Of a stretch of DNA of 52,203 nt, positions 24,701 to 30,700 are shown piece by piece; position 1 is the stretch's first letter, and every line of letters begins with the position of its first letter. The DNA is from an uncultured Bacteroidaceae bacterium (lineage in GTDB: Bacteria > Bacteroidota > Bacteroidia > Bacteroidales > P3): the NCBI GenBank assembly GCA_964436335.1, contig CAYTCD010000001.1, positions 1 to 52,203 of the forward strand. The letters are read 5' to 3'. Below the pieces are notes generated by a model. That model worked only from the letters and a program-made list of their open reading frames with translations. It was not told the DNA's origin and did not search any database. The position numbers and the translations under genes are program-made.

Positions 24701-27700
24701 TCAAGGTATTCCACATCACCGTATCGATAGATTGTTCCCATACTATCTTCTGACCGCGGTAAGCGTTGAGTTTGATCGTATAAGCGGTATCGGCACACAT
24801 GGTGGTGTCGGGGGTGGTGATATAACCGGCCACCGGAGGCAGATCAATACCTATCTCTACCTTGGCCCTCAAAGTGTCGGCACTGGTGGAGACACCGCCG
24901 GTAAGGTTGATTACCGTAACTTCATATTGTGTTTTGGATACCGGGGCAACATAGAGAGAATCCTTTGTGCCCAGCACACTGCCCGTTGTGAGTTCTTTCC
25001 AACTGTAGGCATAGTTGCCCGAACCGCCCGCCGCATTTACATGCAACAGCACGGTATCACCCAAACAGATGGTGTTGTCCTTGATAACAGCACTGTATGG
25101 CTTATCCATCGTGATGCGGAAAGGTCCGCCCACCACGGTGATCTTAAGGTCATCGGAAGCGGAGCAACCGGCCGAATCGGTGGCGGTAAGCGTAACCACG
25201 GTAGTATTGTAGATACGTTCGCTACCTACGGTAATTCTGCTGTTGTCTGAACCGATGCCGGTACCTTTCCAGAGATAGGTATAAGGTTCTATACCATACA
25301 CTACATCCGCCTGCAAACCAATCACGGTCTTTTCTCCGTACGAGAGGCTGTCGATGTCGGGACCGGCGTTTACAACGGGCGTTTCATATACATGGAAACG
25401 AACCGTATCGGCAGTGGTGCGCGGTTTGGTGCAGACTTCCTTGGCTGTGGCCGTCAGCACATACATATAGTCGCCCGGTTCAAGATCGCTTATATCCAGA
25501 ATCTGCGACGTAGCCCCGTCGATATCCACATAATCATGATACCATTGCAGCGTAACCGGTACGGATGCGTTGCTCAACTTGGCCTTAAGCTGGCGTTTTT
25601 CGCCCGTACAATACAGGTCAAAGTTTTTGTCGATGCTCACATAAGAAGGCGTGCCCTGACGACCGGTTACGGTAAACACATACTGCATGCGGCAACCGTC
25701 GGCAAACGATATCCAGGCTTTTACCGTCTGCTTGGCGGCAGTGGCCACCACACGGTAACTCGTTTCGGTGGAATTGTCTGCCCACGTAAAGTCGATGCCG
25801 GCGGCAACGGTAAGGTCAACCGTATCACCCACACATACCACGGTATCCACATAAACGGGATCGGTAGTGTATTGAACCGTTACATATTGTACTATGTCGC
25901 AAGTATAACCCTCTACCTCGCGGGCAGCATGCAAAGTATAGGTTTCGGGAGAATCGGGCACATTCACCGTCATGCTGTCGGTGGTGGAAACAGTCATGCC
26001 CGAAGGATCTATCCACGTGTAGTTTACATCGTCGTAATGGAGGGCCTTTACCGTTACCGTTCCCGAAGGACATCCAAAGACGTTGCTCGCCACACCCGTA
26101 TTGATAGAGGGAAGAATCCTTACATTCACTCTGGACGGCTTGCTGTTGCAAGTACCCACAGATTCAACGGCGCTGAACCCGTAGGTGCCCGTTGCAAGCG
26201 TGTTTATATTGTACGGATTGCCCTTATAAACGGCATGCTGCAAGGTAAGGTCGTCGAACCAGGTAACCACACCGCCGCGATAGGGTTTTACCTGTAGCGG
26301 CTGACGCGGCGAACCGGCACAATAAACGGTATCGCTGCTCAACATAGGCGGCGCATCGGGTGTGTTGAACGCATAGAGGTCAACCGTATCGTAGGCATAG
26401 CATCCCGTTATGGTGCGGACTGCCAACGGATACGTGCCGTTGGGGATATCGATAAAGTCGGGATTGACGCCGAACTTTTGCGGAACAAAGGCCGAATACT
26501 CAAGCGTGGTGTCGCCCGTGGCATAGATACTGATGATACCGTCGCTGCGGTCGCAGGAAGATGGCACCACGGCATCAATGTAGTCGATTACCGGAACCGT
26601 ACCCACATATACTTCCACCTTCACCGTAGCGCTCTTGCAATTGCCGAATATCTGGTAGAGATAGTATATGTAACGACCCGGTTCGGTGGGGAAAGCCAAA
26701 GAATCGCCCGTATGGACAAGGTTAGTGCAGGTGTAGTCGGAATACCACCTTACTTCTCCTTTCTTGATGGAAGGTCTCAGCAAGAGGTATTCGGGTAAGG
26801 GTTTGTCGTTACAGTAAGCACCGGCATTGGTTACCACCGGATTGGCCGGTGCGTTGGGATCGCGCAGGCTGATTTCTATCTTCTCGCTCTTGCAACCGTT
26901 GTTGTCGATTACCTGCGCAACATACATACCCGCCGGCAATCCATTGATAATGTTTTGCGAAACAGTATCGTTGAAATAATAGGTATAGGGCGTGTAGCCA
27001 CGCGAAGCGGAGAGTGTTATACTACCGTCGGAAGTGGCGCAGGCCTTCGGATTGGTTGACCGTTGGCTGATTACAGGCGATTCCTTCACACCCAGATCGA
27101 TAATCTGCGAAGGCATCGGGTTGGGGTTCACGCATTGGGCAATGATACCCTGCGGGGTAAGGAAGGCCTGGATACGGTCGCCGGGCTGAACGGGATTCAA
27201 TGTAAATACCGAATCGCGGGTGGTGAACCTGCGGGTGGTGTAACCGGTAACCACAATATCCACCTTCTTCTGCAGACCGGTAAGGTTGGTGATAAATTTA
27301 ACCTTGGCAACATCGCCTTGACAAGAGGGTGTATCCACCAGCACCATATCGAAGTAAACCGAATCGATAACATTCAGTGTCATCGGGGCTGAAGTAGAAT
27401 CGGGCGCACAGGTACCGGAGAGATGCAGACGGTATTTGTCGCCGTTTTCGGTTCTGCTTACATTGTAAACCACCAATTGAGCGGTATTCAAGTCGCCATA
27501 TTTGTCGCCGGCCTCGGTAATGCTCTTCCATGTGGAAGATGCCGCATCGTATTTCTGCCAATCGTAAACCAGCTTGTGCCCCGATTCTCTCACCGGGAAG
27601 CGGGCTTCGCCGTTTTCACAAGCAAAGATATTGGGATTCTGCGTGGTAGCCACTGTTTGAGGCAATACACTGATGTGAACCTTGCCTGTTTCCTTACAAC

Positions 27701-30700
27701 CCTTGTCGGTAAAGAGTTCCACGGTATAGGTGCGGTTCTGGTAAGGTTGTGCGATTACCTTGGAACGATAAGACTTGGCATCGGCCCCTACGGTGATATC
27801 GTCTTTGGGCATCCAGGAAATGCTGTCGATATTTTTACCATTTACCGCAAGTTGAACCGGTGTGCCCGGACATACCGAAGTATCGGGTGTGATGGAGGTG
27901 AGGGTGGGCACATCAAAGATATGGATACCCACCTTAGGTGTATTCACCGGATTTTGGAGCGGGCAGGCGTAACCTACCGTTACCTCGCAATAAATATGGC
28001 TGCCATCGGCGGGCAATACATCATAATAGGCAGAACCGTCAAAGCGGGCATCATGCGCATCGTTCACAAACCAACGGTATTGTCTTACCGAACCGGTGTA
28101 GGCATCGGGTTTCACACCCAGACGGAAGCCCTTGGTGGCATTGGCGCAAAGATTGGTGTCGCCCGTAATGACCGGATGACTCAACATGCGTTTGTTCACC
28201 GTAACGGTGATTGTCTTGAACACCGAATCCACACCATCGGAAACCTTGACGCGATAGTAGGTAACCCCTACGGGACTTACGGTGGAGATATGGCTGGTGT
28301 CTTTGGAAACAAAAGCGGTATTGACCTTGGTGTTGGTGTCTTTAGGCTGAGCGGTCCAACTAAAGGTATATTCGCCCGTACCGCCATAGGGATAAACTGG
28401 CAGAAGCACCGTGTCGTTTTCACAAACCACTATGTTCTGGTTGCCATCCACTCTAAGCGGACCACCCTTGATGGAAACCACTTTGGTATCGGTGGCCTGA
28501 CATCCGTTTACATTGGTTGCGGTAAGGGTAAAGGTATAGCGGCTCTTGACGGGAATGGTCTGGGCATAGAGCGAATCCGCGCGGCCGGAAATCAGATTGG
28601 CGGGTGTCCAGCTGTAAATCATTTCAGTGCTTTGACCCGAATCCACTCCAGTGGTAATCAACCGTCCTTGCAAAGTACCCTGACCGTTGTATTCCACAAT
28701 GGTATCCACACCGGCATCTATCCGGGGATTGTGCCATGCCTTCACCACAAGGGTATCGGTAGGTTCGGGTGTAAAGGCCGGACAAGCATAACCGGTGGTA
28801 ATCAAAGCCGACACCTTCATGCCGTCGGAAACAGCCGTCTTGTAGGTGGTTGATTTTCCGCTCTGTTTGCTTTGGCCGTTCACCAACCAGTTTATAGTAG
28901 CCTGAGCGGCGAGATTGTTCTGGGTGCGAAGCCCGAATTCAACCTGTGTACCTTCGCAGACAGGAAGCGCGGTGGCACTGTAAACTGTACCGTAGGCATG
29001 CTGCAGATGATTGATATACAAAGTTGCATCCCCATATAGATAAGAGGGAGTGTTGGAATAAACCGTATCGCGTTTACCCGTTTTTTCGGTAACACCGCTT
29101 ATCTGGCAACGATAACGGTATTGATTCATACCGTAATTGAGCGGCGTGATATCGGGATTGGTGGCCGCATTCTTACCTATATACAATACCGAGGTGAATT
29201 CACCGCTCTGAACTATCGAATACGGGTTGGGTCTGGGCAGACTGCTGATATCAATCCAATTGCCATCGCCCTGATCCACTTGCCAATCAAAAGAAAGATA
29301 GGCACCGGAAGCCTTAACGGTAAAGGAAGCCTCGGAACTGTCGCAGACCGTTGTGGATTGAGGATGGTTGAGAACACGTACATCGGTAAACACGTTCACC
29401 CAAACCGTATCGGACACTTCGCAACGCCAAGGTTCGGTGAGCTTTACCAGATAGCGGGTAGAGGTACGGGGCGAAGCCGTTACATCGGTACCCGTACAGG
29501 TGTTGAGCGAAGCGCAAGGTGTCCAGGTATAGGTGGCTTCTTCGCTACCGCCCGTAGCCCACAGATCCACACTTTCACCCAAATTGATATCCTGATCGTC
29601 TATTACATTGATAACAGGTTCGGTCTTTACTTCAAAATGAATCACATTCGAACGTTTGGGACGGCAGTCCACACATTTGATGTCCGAAATAAGGAGAAGT
29701 TCAATGCTGTCGCCGTTACGCAACGAATCCAGACGGATATAGTCTTGCGAACCGGAAAGAATGGTATCGTTGTTGAGCAACCAGATAAATACAGGTCTGC
29801 TTCCCTGGTTCACATAAGAAGAACTGATACGTACCGGATAGCCTTCACAGATAGTCAGATCGCTGAGGCTTTGGTCGATATCGGAAGCGATGGTAACGTT
29901 TACCGTTTTCTTTTCATCCACCGCGGCGCGGATAGGTTTGGAAACATAGGGGTTCGCATCCACACATTCCTCGGAAGAATAAACGGCCACCGTGATGTTG
30001 AAACCATCATCCACACCGGTAAGCAAGGCCACGGAATCGAAATCCTGATCTTCAATCGGATTTCCGTTCACACGCCATTCAAAGCGGGCACTGTCGCCCC
30101 AGCCGTAACCGGACACCTTGAACACGGCCGTATCGCCGTAACACATTCTTTCAGCAGGCATGTTGGGCACCACCGAGTCGATAACGGCGAACACCTTGAC
30201 CGGAATACGGGGTGTAACAACTGCCGTAGCCACCGGAAGATCGTCTGAACCGGCACAACCCGGATCGATCGTAACAGTATAGACCCCTCCCATTTTGGTC
30301 GTGAAACCAGGGCGGAAAGTATTCATTTCGCGCGAGGTCCATCCATCGGGTCCCCTCCACGAATAAGTGGCCGAAGGTACGCTGTCTGTCTTAAGGAAGA
30401 GCGTATCGCCGATACAGATCATCGAATCGGCATACACATGATAACGCGTGGTGTCGCAAGGAACACCGCGCTTGGCAAAACCGTCGGATACACCGCCCGT
30501 ATAAAGCGGATAGAATAGACCCTCTACCTGCATGGTGATATAGCCATCGCCGATACCGCCCATATAAGGCCAAGGCTTAGGTTTGGGCATATCGATAGAG
30601 AAATGGCCATCGCCGATACCGCCTATATATTGCGGGGCCGGACGAGCGGGCATAGCGGCCGTATAATGACCGTCTGCAATACCCCCAAGATAATTGGCAG

